A DNA stretch of 64,000 nt, taken from contig CAVPPB010000003.1 in NCBI GenBank assembly GCA_963707215.1, forward strand, positions 759,152 to 823,151, read 5' to 3'. Below the pieces are notes generated by a model, which had not been told where the DNA came from, ran no database searches, and was given only the letters and a program-made list of their open reading frames with translations. Shown here piece by piece: positions 24,626 through 33,225 of the stretch; the stretch's first letter is position 1, and each line of letters begins with the position of its first letter. The position numbers and the translations under genes are program-made. This DNA comes from an uncultured Chloroflexia bacterium (GTDB lineage: Bacteria > Chloroflexota > Limnocylindria > Limnocylindrales > CSP1-4).

Positions 24626-25296
24626 ATGAGCGCCGACGTCACGGTTCCCGGATTCCTGCCCTCGGCGCAGGGCCTGCGGTTCCCCAATCGCTACGCCGAC
24701 GCCCCCGCGGTCCGGCTTCCCCTCGGGCCGCTGGGCTCCCTGGCCCTCGGCAACGCCGGCGACGGGCTCTGTGGCGGGATGTGCCGGGTCGTCGTCGCTC
24801 GCTGGGAGCGCGGTGAGCCGGCCCCGTCCGAGACCGCCCCTCCCGCGCCCGGACGCCGCTGTTCCGGGCCATCGTCCGAGCTCAGGTCGAGTCACTCGAG
24901 CGGTTCCGGGTGCCGCTGCGCTTCTACTCGCTCCAGGCCTTCCGGCCCGAGCGCCCCGACCCGCTGGCCCGTCTCTTCGGCCGTCGGACCCGGACCCACG
25001 AGACGGTCCTGGCCTGGCGATCCATCCGGGCCTCCATCGACGCGGGCCGCCCGGCCATCGTCGGCCTGGTCCGTGCGATCGGTGCGGATCCACGGCTGCT
25101 GCCCCGGCACCACCAGGTCGTCGCATGGGGCTATGTCGTGGAGCGGGACCGGCTCCGCCTGCGGATCTACGATCCAAACCACCCGGGCCGCGACGACGTC
25201 GAGCTCCGGATGCGGCTGGCCGTGGACCGGCGTTGGCCGGCGACGATGCTCCAGACGACCGGCGAGCCCCTGGAGGCCTTCACCCACCTGGCCTGA
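24626..25296 (+). pseudogene. Papain-like (Cys/His/Asp) peptidase-like protein interrupted by a frameshift
   Basis: The first ~75 aa read in frame 2 ([10 protein letters not shown]...[31 protein letters not shown], candidate nucleophile Cys). After that, frame 2 becomes Ser/Arg junk up to 25585. The protein-like sequence resumes in frame 1 (...[31 protein letters not shown]...[11 protein letters not shown]...[16 protein letters not shown]) and ends at 25296. The frame switch lies near 24840-24860. Confidence 0.4.
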
Positions 25297-25314
25297 CTGC
25301 TACGCTCGCCCGAC

Positions 25315-27201
25315 ATGGCCGACCTCGACCGCGCCCTTGCCGCGATCGTCGACACCTTCGTCCCGGGTGGCGACGGCCTGCCGTCCGGCAGCGAGCTCGG
25401 GATCCCCGCTCGACTCCGGGCCGAGGTCGAGGCGCTCGGCCGGCCGACCTTGCGGCGGCAGCTCGACCTGCTCCTCCGTGCCGTGGATAACCCGGCCGCC
25501 GCTCTTGTCCTCGCGGGACGCCCCGCCGCCTTCTCGCGACGCTCGCAGGTCGATCGAGAGGCGTACCTGCGCCGCCTCGCGGTGAGCCCGATCCCGCTCA
25601 AGCGCACCGCCTTCCAGGACCTCAAGCGGCTCACCATGCTCCTCGCCTATGGGCTGGAGTCGTCGCCCTACCGGGCGCTGACGGGCTTCCGGGCGACGCC
25701 GCCGGACGATCCGGTGCCGACGTCCGTCGTGCCCCGCACCCCGCGACCGGGCGAGACGATCGAGGCCGACGCCTGCGTCGTGGGCTCAGGGGCCGGGGGC
25801 TCGGTCGCCGCCGCCGTCCTGGCCGCCGCGGGCCTCCGGGTCGTCGTCCTGGAGCGCGCCCGCCACGTGGCCGAGGATCGGTTCGGCGGGCCCGAGCTGG
25901 AGGGTCTGGCCGACCTCTTCCTCGACCGCGGTCTCAGCGCGACCGACGATCGCTGGATCGCCATCAGGGCCGGCAGCGCTGTCGGCGGGGGCACGGTGAT
26001 CAACTGGAGCAGCTCGCTGCGGGCGCCCGACGTCGTCCGCGAGGAGTGGGCCGCCGCCGGCATCGGCCCGGAGCTCGATGACCACTACGAGGCCATCGAA
26101 GCGGCGATGGGTGTGACGACCGACGAGAGCCACCGCAACGGCCCCAACGCGCTCCTCGAGCGCGGGCTCGAGGCCCTGGACCTGCCGGCGCAGACCATCC
26201 CCCGGAACGTCGCCGGGTGCGGGGAGTGCGGCCCGTGCGCGGTCGGCTGCCGACGGGGCGCCAAGCGCTCGGCGCTCCGGACCTTCCTGGCCGATGCCGG
26301 CCGTGACGGGGCCGAGGTACTCGACGCGACCGACGTCCGGCGGATCCTGGTCCGCGACGACCGGGTCGAGGGCGTCGAGGCATCCGTCCCCGGCGGGACC
26401 ATCACCGTCCGGACGCCCCGAGTGGCCCTGGCCGGCGGATCCATCCTCTCACCGGCGGTCCTGCTTCGCTCCGGCATCGCCCGGTCGACCGCCGGGCGCA
26501 ACCTGCTCATCCACCCGGTCGCGGCCGTCGTCGGCATCTACGAGGAACCGGTCGACCCGTGGAGCGGCGTTCCCCAGTCGGTGATGAGCGACGCCTTCGC
26601 GACCGTCGACGACCGCTGGGGCTTCCGCCTCGAGGCTGCGCCCACCCATCCGGGCCTCATCGCGTCGGGTCATCCCTGGTGGTCCGCGGCGCAGCATCGC
26701 GAGGGGATGGCCGAGGCATCCCGGCTCGCTCCGTTCCTCGCCATCGTCCGGGACCGGATGCCAGGGCGGGTCGACCTCCACCGCGACGGTGCCGTTCGGA
26801 TCCGCTACGCCGTCGGCCGACCCGAACGTGCTCTCCTGACCCGCTCGATGGTCGAGCTCGCCCGGATCCACCGGGCCGCCGGAGCTCGCGGGATCAAGAC
26901 GCTCCACACGCCGCCGCTCGACTGGCGGGCCGAGGGCGGAGCCTTCGACGCCTACGCGGCCGAGATCGGGCGCCGCGGTGTCAGCCCGAACCGGGTCCTC
27001 CTGTTCACCGCCCACCAGATGGGGAGCTGCCGGATCGGGACGGATCGGCGGGCGAGCGTGGCGGACCCTGACGGGCAAGCCTGGGACGTCCGCGGCCTGT
27101 GGATCACCGACGCGAGCGCCTTCCCGACCGCATCGGGCGTCAATCCGATGCTCTCGATCATGGCCCTGGCCCGCCGGACCGCCCAGCGGATGATCGACTG
27201 A
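25315..27201 (+). CDS. GMC family FAD oxidoreductase with N-terminal gluconate-2-dehydrogenase-subunit-3-like domain
   Basis: 628 aa. FAD-binding GxGxxG (CVVGSGAGGSVAA...VVVLE), a GMC signature region, and C-terminal active-site His/Asn (FTAHQMGSCRIG..., ASAFPTASGVNP). Confidence 0.75.
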   Translation: MADLDRALAAIVDTFVPGGDGLPSGSELGIPARLRAEVEALGRPTLRRQLDLLLRAVDNPAAALVLAGRPAAFSRRSQVDREAYLRRLAVSPIPLKRTAFQDLKRLTMLLAYGLESSPYRALTGFRATPPDDPVPTSVVPRTPRPGETIEADACVVGSGAGGSVAAAVLAAAGLRVVVLERARHVAEDRFGGPELEGLADLFLDRGLSATDDRWIAIRAGSAVGGGTVINWSSSLRAPDVVREEWAAAGIGPELDDHYEAIEAAMGVTTDESHRNGPNALLERGLEALDLPAQTIPRNVAGCGECGPCAVGCRRGAKRSALRTFLADAGRDGAEVLDATDVRRILVRDDRVEGVEASVPGGTITVRTPRVALAGGSILSPAVLLRSGIARSTAGRNLLIHPVAAVVGIYEEPVDPWSGVPQSVMSDAFATVDDRWGFRLEAAPTHPGLIASGHPWWSAAQHREGMAEASRLAPFLAIVRDRMPGRVDLHRDGAVRIRYAVGRPERALLTRSMVELARIHRAAGARGIKTLHTPPLDWRAEGGAFDAYAAEIGRRGVSPNRVLLFTAHQMGSCRIGTDRRASVADPDGQAWDVRGLWITDASAFPTASGVNPMLSIMALARRTAQRMID

Positions 27202-27378
27202 CCGGCCGCACGGGGAGCCCGCCGCACGGACGGGCGGTCCGGCTCTCGCCGATGGTGACACCGGCGAGTATCGTGGGGAGGCAACGCGATCCGCCCGCGG
27301 ATACGCCGGGCACGACCACGCGTCCGGCCGACCTCGCCAGCGGGCGGTCCATCGCCGACCGAGCCGGAGGTCCGCCCC

Positions 27379-28530
27379 ATGCCCCTCCTGACCCGCTCCG
27401 ACATCGCCCGCATGGCCGCCGACGGCCACCACGACCAGGTGTCGATCTACCTGCCGACCCATCCGGTCGGCGTGGACGCCGCCCAGGACCCGATCCGCTT
27501 CCGCAACCTGCTCGACTGCGCCGAGGAAGCGCTCGAGGCGCACGGCGCCTCGTCCGCTCGGGTGAGCAGGATCCTCGGGCCGGCCCGCCCGCTCCTCGGC
27601 GACCCGTGGTTCTGGCAGCACCAGGCCGATGGACTCGCCGTGTTCCTCGCCGACGGCGCGATCGAGACGTACCGACTGCCGCTCCGCTTCGACGAGCTCG
27701 TCGTCGTGGGGGATCGGCGCCACGTCAAGCCGCTCCTGCCGCTGCTCGAAACGGACGGTCGCTTCCACATCCTGGCCCTCAGCCAGGCGAGCGTGCGGCT
27801 GTTCGAGGCGACCCGCGACGCCATCCGCGAGGTCGACCTCGAGGACGTCCCAGACAGCCTTCGCGACGTCGTCGGCTACGACTTCGAGCAGCGCACCCTG
27901 CAGTTCCACACGGGGACCGGGGGAGGCCGGGGCATGCGGAGCGCGATGTTCCACGGGCACGGGCAGGTCCAGGACTCCCGCAAGGCGGAGATCGGCCGGT
28001 TCCTGCGCGCGGTCGACGAAGGGATCGTCGGACTCCTGGGGCCCGATCCGGCGCCGCTCGTCCTGGCCGGTGTCGGCTACGTCACCGCGATGTACCGCGA
28101 CCTCTCGCGGCACCCGGACATCGTCGCTGCCACCATCGAGAGCAATCCCGACCGGCTGGACGCCCGCGAGCTCCACGCCCTCGCGGTCGGGATCGTCGAG
28201 CCCCGGTTCGCCGAGCGCCTTGAGCGAGTCCTCGAGCGGTACCGGGAAGCCGCCGGGACGGGTCGGGCGACGGCTGACCTCGAGACCGCCCTGGCGGCCG
28301 CCGAGGATGGCCGGATCGCCGCCCTGGTCGTCGCGACCGGGGTCCGCCGCTGGGGCCGCTGGGACCCCCAGGCCAGGAGCGCGGAGCTCCACGATGCGCG
28401 CCGGCCGGGCGACCGGGACCTGCTCGACGCGGCGGCCGTCGCCGCGCTCGGGACGGGCGCGGTGATCCACGCCTGTCCGGCGGAGCGGGTGCCCGGGACC
28501 CAGGGGATCGCGGCGATCATGCGCTACTGA
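27379..28530 (+). CDS. Hypothetical protein, possible bacterial eRF1/Dom34-like (baeRF) family member
   Basis: 383 aa, soluble. The central HTGTGGGRGMRSAMFHGHGQ loop and overall architecture resemble the eRF1-like 'baeRF' families. Assignment is by recollection of family features only. Confidence 0.3.
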   Translation: MPLLTRSDIARMAADGHHDQVSIYLPTHPVGVDAAQDPIRFRNLLDCAEEALEAHGASSARVSRILGPARPLLGDPWFWQHQADGLAVFLADGAIETYRLPLRFDELVVVGDRRHVKPLLPLLETDGRFHILALSQASVRLFEATRDAIREVDLEDVPDSLRDVVGYDFEQRTLQFHTGTGGGRGMRSAMFHGHGQVQDSRKAEIGRFLRAVDEGIVGLLGPDPAPLVLAGVGYVTAMYRDLSRHPDIVAATIESNPDRLDARELHALAVGIVEPRFAERLERVLERYREAAGTGRATADLETALAAAEDGRIAALVVATGVRRWGRWDPQARSAELHDARRPGDRDLLDAAAVAALGTGAVIHACPAERVPGTQGIAAIMRY

Positions 28531-28924
28531 GGCCTCGCGGCCCGGGTGGACCGTCGGCCGGGCACCGCCCGGCGAGGTGCGCCTGCGCGTGTAGGCAGCG
28601 GCCCGGGGTGGCCGACGTCGCTCGGTCCGACCTGATCCCTGCGCGCCGACGGTACTACCCTCCGGGGCCCGCGGCTTTCGCTCGCGGGCACTCACGCGGG
28701 CCGTGGTCGCGGCGCATCCGTCACCCCGGACCGGGCAGGATGGTGCGCCACGTCACCGGGTCCCCGCCAGAGCCGAACGGCTCACGACCCCGCTTGAGCG
28801 GGGGCCGCCCACGTGTAGCCGGCCACCACCATCGGGCGTCCGCGTCGCGGCACGCGAACCGCCCGGCACGGCCCCAGCTGGCACGGCATCATGAGGGCGG
28901 GTCGCTCCGTGAGGAAGGAACGCG

Positions 28925-29422
28925 ATGATCGAGGTCGAGCGTCGGATCCGGATCGCCAGGTCGCCGGAGCAGGTCTTCGTCCACCTGTCGCGACCCGAGG
29001 GCTACCCGGTCTGGCTGCCCGGCGTCCGTCGGGTGGTGGTCGCCGATGAGGGCCCGGTGGGACCCGGCACACCGGTCTCGCTCGAGTTCGACGGACCGGC
29101 CGGGCGCATCCTCGCCGAAGGACGGCTGACCGACGTGGAGCACGATCGTCGGGTGGCCCTCGAGGCGGCCGCCCAGCAGCTCCGCTTCGATGCCCGGATC
29201 GACCTCCGGCCGGTCGACGGCCTCGAGCCGGTGGGCGACGTCGACGTTCCGGCGCGTCCCGGCGAGGATCCGCCGGTCGACGGGCTCGCCACCGAGCTGA
29301 CCCTCGCCGTCCGCCTCGAGCTGCGCGGCGGGCTCAGGTTCCTCGAGGGACTGGCCCGGGCCCAGGCGATCGGCGAGGTCGGCAAAGCCCTCGAGCGACT
29401 CCGGGCCGAGATCGAGACCTAG
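28925..29422 (+). CDS. SRPBCC superfamily protein (polyketide-cyclase/CoxG-like)
   Basis: 165 aa. The N-terminal IEVERRIRIARSPEQVFVHLSRPEGYPVWLPGV pattern is typical of SRPBCC ligand-binding proteins. Good RBS (GAGGAAGGAAC) upstream. Confidence 0.55.
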   Translation: MIEVERRIRIARSPEQVFVHLSRPEGYPVWLPGVRRVVVADEGPVGPGTPVSLEFDGPAGRILAEGRLTDVEHDRRVALEAAAQQLRFDARIDLRPVDGLEPVGDVDVPARPGEDPPVDGLATELTLAVRLELRGGLRFLEGLARAQAIGEVGKALERLRAEIET

Positions 29423-29453
29423 GCCGTCGGGACCGCGCGACCACCACCGAGCC

Positions 29454-30932
29454 TCAACTGAGGTGGCGCAGCTCCGGCCAGATCTCGGCCCAGCCGCGTG
29501 GCGGCGGACCGCAGAGCAGCACCGGTAGCCCCTGCTCCTCGTTCGAGACCCCGAGCCCGTTGTCGATGGTGGCGAGCGTCCGGCAGGCATGGAACACGTC
29601 GCTGAGCCACGCTGCGCCGATCCCGACGACGATGACGGGCGCGGCGTCGTCGGAAGGCGGGCCCCAGTCGTGGAAGCCCTGGTGGCCCGAGTAGGCCGGC
29701 GGCAGGCCCCGCTCCTCGCCCAGCACGACGAGTGCGCCGGCCTCACCGTAGTTGCCGGTGAACAGGATGGCCCGGGCACGTTCCTCCGGCGTCAGCTCGC
29801 CGGCGACCGTTTCGACCGTGTCCACGAGCTCCGGCCAGCCGACCTGCTCGACCGACTCCGCGTTGAGCTCCGAAACGGCTGCGACCACGGGGGAATCGGC
29901 GGGGAGGACGGGCAGCGTGAGCAGGGCCGCGACGACCGCCGAGCCTGCCGCCAGCGCCGCCGCGGCGACGACGCGAGCCCGTCCCAGGGTCACCCAGGCG
30001 GCGACGGGTCCCGCGCCGGCAGCGACGAGGACCGGCAGGTAGCCGACCGCGTAGTAGCCCTTGCCGCCGGTCACCAGCAGGAGTCCGAGCACCGCCACGT
30101 ACCCGATGCCGATGGCCCGCCAGGGTCGTCCCTCGGGTCTGACCAGGAGCCGTTGCAGGCCCACGATGAAGACGGGAGCGACGAGCCCGGCGAGGAGCAG
30201 CTGCATGGGGAGCAGGAGGATCCGGTTCTCCGCCCCGTCGCGCTCGCTGATGACGCGGCCCATCTCCAACTGCGGCCAGCCGTTGGCCGCCTGCCAGGCG
30301 AGGTTCGGAAGCCAGATCACGACCGCGATCCCCACCGCGATCCATACCTCGGGCCGCCGGAGGACATCCCGCCGCGCCAGCAGCAGCCCGACCGCGAGGC
30401 TCGCGCCCAGGAAGACGACGAGATGCTTGTTGAGCAGCCCGATCCCGGCGACCAGCCCGACCAGGAGCCAGAGGCGGGGATCCGCGCCTCCGAGCAGCCG
30501 GACGACCAGCCAGAGGATGACGCTCCAGGCCAGAGCGTCCAGGGTGGCCGTCGCCAGCAGGTGTCCCCCCAGCAGGACAGCCGGCGAGACCGCCATGGCC
30601 ACGGCGGCGACCACCTGGGCCGTCCGGCCACCCCCGAGATCGCGGGCCATCAACGCGGCGATCACCGTGATCAGGAGCGCGGCCGCTCCGGAGATCAGGC
30701 GCAGGCCGACCGGGGTCGGGCCGGTGATCGACTCGGCCAGCGCCGCGAGGAGCGGCGTGAGAGGTGGCTGGTCCGGGTAGCCCCAGGCCGGATGGCGACC
30801 AGCGACGATGAAGTACAGCTCGTCCCGGTGGAAGCCGTACTGCTCGGCGGTGACCAGGAGGACGGCACCCAGGACGGCCGTGACGGCGAGGACCGGGAGC
30901 ACCGCGAGTGGTGGACGCTGACGCTCGTTCAC
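29454..30932 (-). CDS. GT39 / ArnT-PMT-like membrane glycosyltransferase
   Basis: 493 aa from the GTG at 30932, which is preceded by a GGAGG RBS (GGAGGTAGCC-GTG). Multiple TMs. The N-terminal loop has the FHRDELYF motif (DE/DD acidic pair) seen in ArnT/PMT-type transferases. The upstream part of the track ORF is not supported. Confidence 0.65.
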   Translation of the reverse strand: MNERQRPPLAVLPVLAVTAVLGAVLLVTAEQYGFHRDELYFIVAGRHPAWGYPDQPPLTPLLAALAESITGPTPVGLRLISGAAALLITVIAALMARDLGGGRTAQVVAAVAMAVSPAVLLGGHLLATATLDALAWSVILWLVVRLLGGADPRLWLLVGLVAGIGLLNKHLVVFLGASLAVGLLLARRDVLRRPEVWIAVGIAVVIWLPNLAWQAANGWPQLEMGRVISERDGAENRILLLPMQLLLAGLVAPVFIVGLQRLLVRPEGRPWRAIGIGYVAVLGLLLVTGGKGYYAVGYLPVLVAAGAGPVAAWVTLGRARVVAAAALAAGSAVVAALLTLPVLPADSPVVAAVSELNAESVEQVGWPELVDTVETVAGELTPEERARAILFTGNYGEAGALVVLGEERGLPPAYSGHQGFHDWGPPSDDAAPVIVVGIGAAWLSDVFHACRTLATIDNGLGVSNEEQGLPVLLCGPPPRGWAEIWPELRHLS

Positions 30933-31175
30933 GGCTACCTCCCGATCCCCGCGTGCCCGACCGTGGCAGGCGAGATACGACCAGTCTGACCGCTTTGTCG
31001 AGGTGCCCAGGGGCACGCCACCAGCCGTCCGCACACGGGACCACTGGCGGGTTCGCGCTCCAGGGTGTACCGTGCCCACGTCCCCGCGCTGTGTGGGGAT
31101 GCTCCGCGTGGTCGACCGACTTCTCGAACAGACCGTGCGCCGGCGTATGAGTTCGAGAAGACGAAAGGGTCAACC

Positions 31176-31379
31176 ATGGCCACCGGAACCATCAAGAAGA
31201 TCGTCGCGGACCGCGGCTTCGGTTTCATCACCGGAGAGGACGGCAAGGACTACTTCTTCCATCGCGACGGACTCGACAGCTCCCTCGACTTCGACCGCCT
31301 GGTCGGCGGCGAGCGCGTCGACTTCCAGATCGAGCAGAGCCCCAAGGGCCCGCGCGCCGCTCAGGTGCGCTCCGCCTAG
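31176..31379 (+). CDS. cspA: Cold-shock protein (CspA family)
   Basis: MATGTIKKIVADRGFGFITGEDGKDYFFHRDGL... RNP1/RNP2 motifs, 67 aa, with a long (~240 nt) 5' leader typical of csp genes. Confidence 0.85.
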   Translation: MATGTIKKIVADRGFGFITGEDGKDYFFHRDGLDSSLDFDRLVGGERVDFQIEQSPKGPRAAQVRSA

Positions 31380-31558
31380 TCGGCTCCCGCGGCCTCCGGG
31401 CCGCGAGACGCTCGCGTCGGCTCCGGCCGACGACCGATCCGGCCCCCGGTCATCCGGGGGCCGTTCGATTCCCTGCCCTGGGCAGCACTCGAGGCACGCT
31501 CCGACCCGTGTGGTGGTATCGATGTGATATCATGTGGTCGCCGAAAGGAGGCCATTCG

Positions 31559-32443
31559 ATGGTCAAGGAGCGCACCACGTTCTCACTTCCCGGGCTACCG
31601 ATTGCGGTCATCAGCATCGCGGCCGGCATCGCCCTCGTCGCCTGGCCCGCGTGGCTCGTCTGGCAGATGATCGAGACCCAGGCGTTCGACCTGGCCATCG
31701 TCTTCCCGCTGCTGCTCTGGGTCCCGGTGGTCGTCGTGGCCGCGGGCCTGACGGTCGTGAACCCCAACGAGGCCCGGGCGATCGTCTTCCTGGGCCACTA
31801 CGCCGGAACCGTCCGCCGCCAGGGCTTCTGGTGGGTCAACCCGTTCACGCTGCGGCCCAAGATCTCCGTCCGGGTCCGCAACTTCGAGACCGGTCGGCTC
31901 AAGGTCAACGACCGCAGCGGCAACCCGATCGAGATCGCCGCCGTCGTCGTCTGGAGGGTCACCGACACCGCCGAGGCGCTCTTCGAGGTCGATGACTACG
32001 AGGGCTTCGTGCACGTCCAGTCCGAGGCCGCCCTCCGCGGGCTGGCCATGGCCTACCCGTACGACGCCCATGACGACGAGGTGATGTCGCTCCGCTCCAG
32101 CCCGGCCGAGATCTCCGAGCAGCTCAAGACCGAGGTCCAGGACCGTCTCGAGAAGGCCGGCGTCGAGGTCCTCGAGACGCGCATCAGCCACCTCGCCTAC
32201 GCGCCCGAGATCGCCAGCGTCATGCTCCGCCGCCAGCAGGCCGAGGCGGTCATCGCCGCCCGGACCCGCATCGTCGAGGGTGCGGTCGGGATGGTCGAGA
32301 TGGCCCTCGCGCAGCTCTCGGAGAAGCGCCTCGTCGACCTCGACGAGGAGCGCAAGGCGACGATGGTCAGCAACCTGCTCGTGGTGCTCTGCAGCGAGCA
32401 GCAGACCCAGCCCGTCGTCAACACCGGGACGCTCTACGCGTGA
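31559..32443 (+). CDS. SPFH / Band-7 (stomatin-prohibitin-flotillin) domain membrane protein
   Basis: Strong RBS (AAAGGAGG) then ATG. N-terminal TMs, then a ~200-aa SPFH region with a coiled-coil tail ([12 protein letters not shown]). Confidence 0.7.
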   Translation: MVKERTTFSLPGLPIAVISIAAGIALVAWPAWLVWQMIETQAFDLAIVFPLLLWVPVVVVAAGLTVVNPNEARAIVFLGHYAGTVRRQGFWWVNPFTLRPKISVRVRNFETGRLKVNDRSGNPIEIAAVVVWRVTDTAEALFEVDDYEGFVHVQSEAALRGLAMAYPYDAHDDEVMSLRSSPAEISEQLKTEVQDRLEKAGVEVLETRISHLAYAPEIASVMLRRQQAEAVIAARTRIVEGAVGMVEMALAQLSEKRLVDLDEERKATMVSNLLVVLCSEQQTQPVVNTGTLYA

Positions 32444-32454
32444 CGCGCTGACCC

Positions 32455-32643
32455 ATGGCCGGGCGGAAAGCGTTCCTCCTCCGCCTCGATCCGGCGGTCC
32501 ACGAGGCCCTCGCTCGCTGGGCCGCCGACGACCTGCGAAGCGTCAACGGCCAGGTCGAGTTCCTGCTCCGGCGGGCGCTCCGCGAGGCGGGGCGCCTGCC
32601 GCGGTCACGCGACCGACGGGCGCGCCGACCACCGTCGAGCTAG
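32455..32643 (+). CDS. Ribbon-helix-helix (Arc/CopG-like) DNA-binding protein
   Basis: 62 aa; KAFLLRLDPAVHEALARWAADDLRSVNGQVEFLLRRAL fits the beta-strand plus two helices of Arc/MetJ RHH proteins. Starts 12 bp after the SPFH stop. Confidence 0.5.
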   Translation: MAGRKAFLLRLDPAVHEALARWAADDLRSVNGQVEFLLRRALREAGRLPRSRDRRARRPPSS

Positions 32644-32695
32644 GACGCCTGCAACGGCCGAGGCGATCGCGCGTCTCCCACGTCGGAGGCAAGCG

Positions 32696-33196
32696 ATGAG
32701 CGCGACCCAGCCGATCAGCACGCCGCACCCGACCGCCGGCGTCGACCGCAGGATCCTCGTGATCGGCGTCGGGCTGGCCGTCGTGTTCGTCGCCATCCTG
32801 GCCCTCGCCCTGGCCCTTGGTGGCCGCCCCGCCTCCTACCCGGCCGGGTCGCCGGAGGCGGCCTTCCAGGCATTCCTCCAGGCCTCGGAGGGCGGCGACA
32901 CGGAGACCGCCTACGCGGCGCTCTCGCCGCAGGTCCGCGCGAGGTGGACGTATGCAGCCTTCGACCAGCAGCACCGGATGTACCGGAGCGGCGATGAGCG
33001 CACGCTCGTCTACATCGACCGGGTCGACGTCGCCGGCGATCGGGCGACCCTTCGCTTGACCGTCGAGCACCTCTACGGCGAGGGGCTGACCAGCGACCGC
33101 TGGACGGAGCACGACGTGCCGGTCCGAATGCTCCTCGTCGACGGGAACTGGTACGTGGACCAGGCGCTCACCGGGACCCAGGAGATGTACAAGTGA
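32696..33196 (+). CDS. Hypothetical membrane-anchored protein
   Basis: 166 aa; single N-terminal TM (ILVIGVGLAVVFVAILALALAL) then a soluble domain with GC3-rich codons. No recognisable family. Confidence 0.4.
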   Translation: MSATQPISTPHPTAGVDRRILVIGVGLAVVFVAILALALALGGRPASYPAGSPEAAFQAFLQASEGGDTETAYAALSPQVRARWTYAAFDQQHRMYRSGDERTLVYIDRVDVAGDRATLRLTVEHLYGEGLTSDRWTEHDVPVRMLLVDGNWYVDQALTGTQEMYK

Positions 33197-33225
33197 CGGC
33201 GGTCTGACCGCGGGAGGCGATCGAG

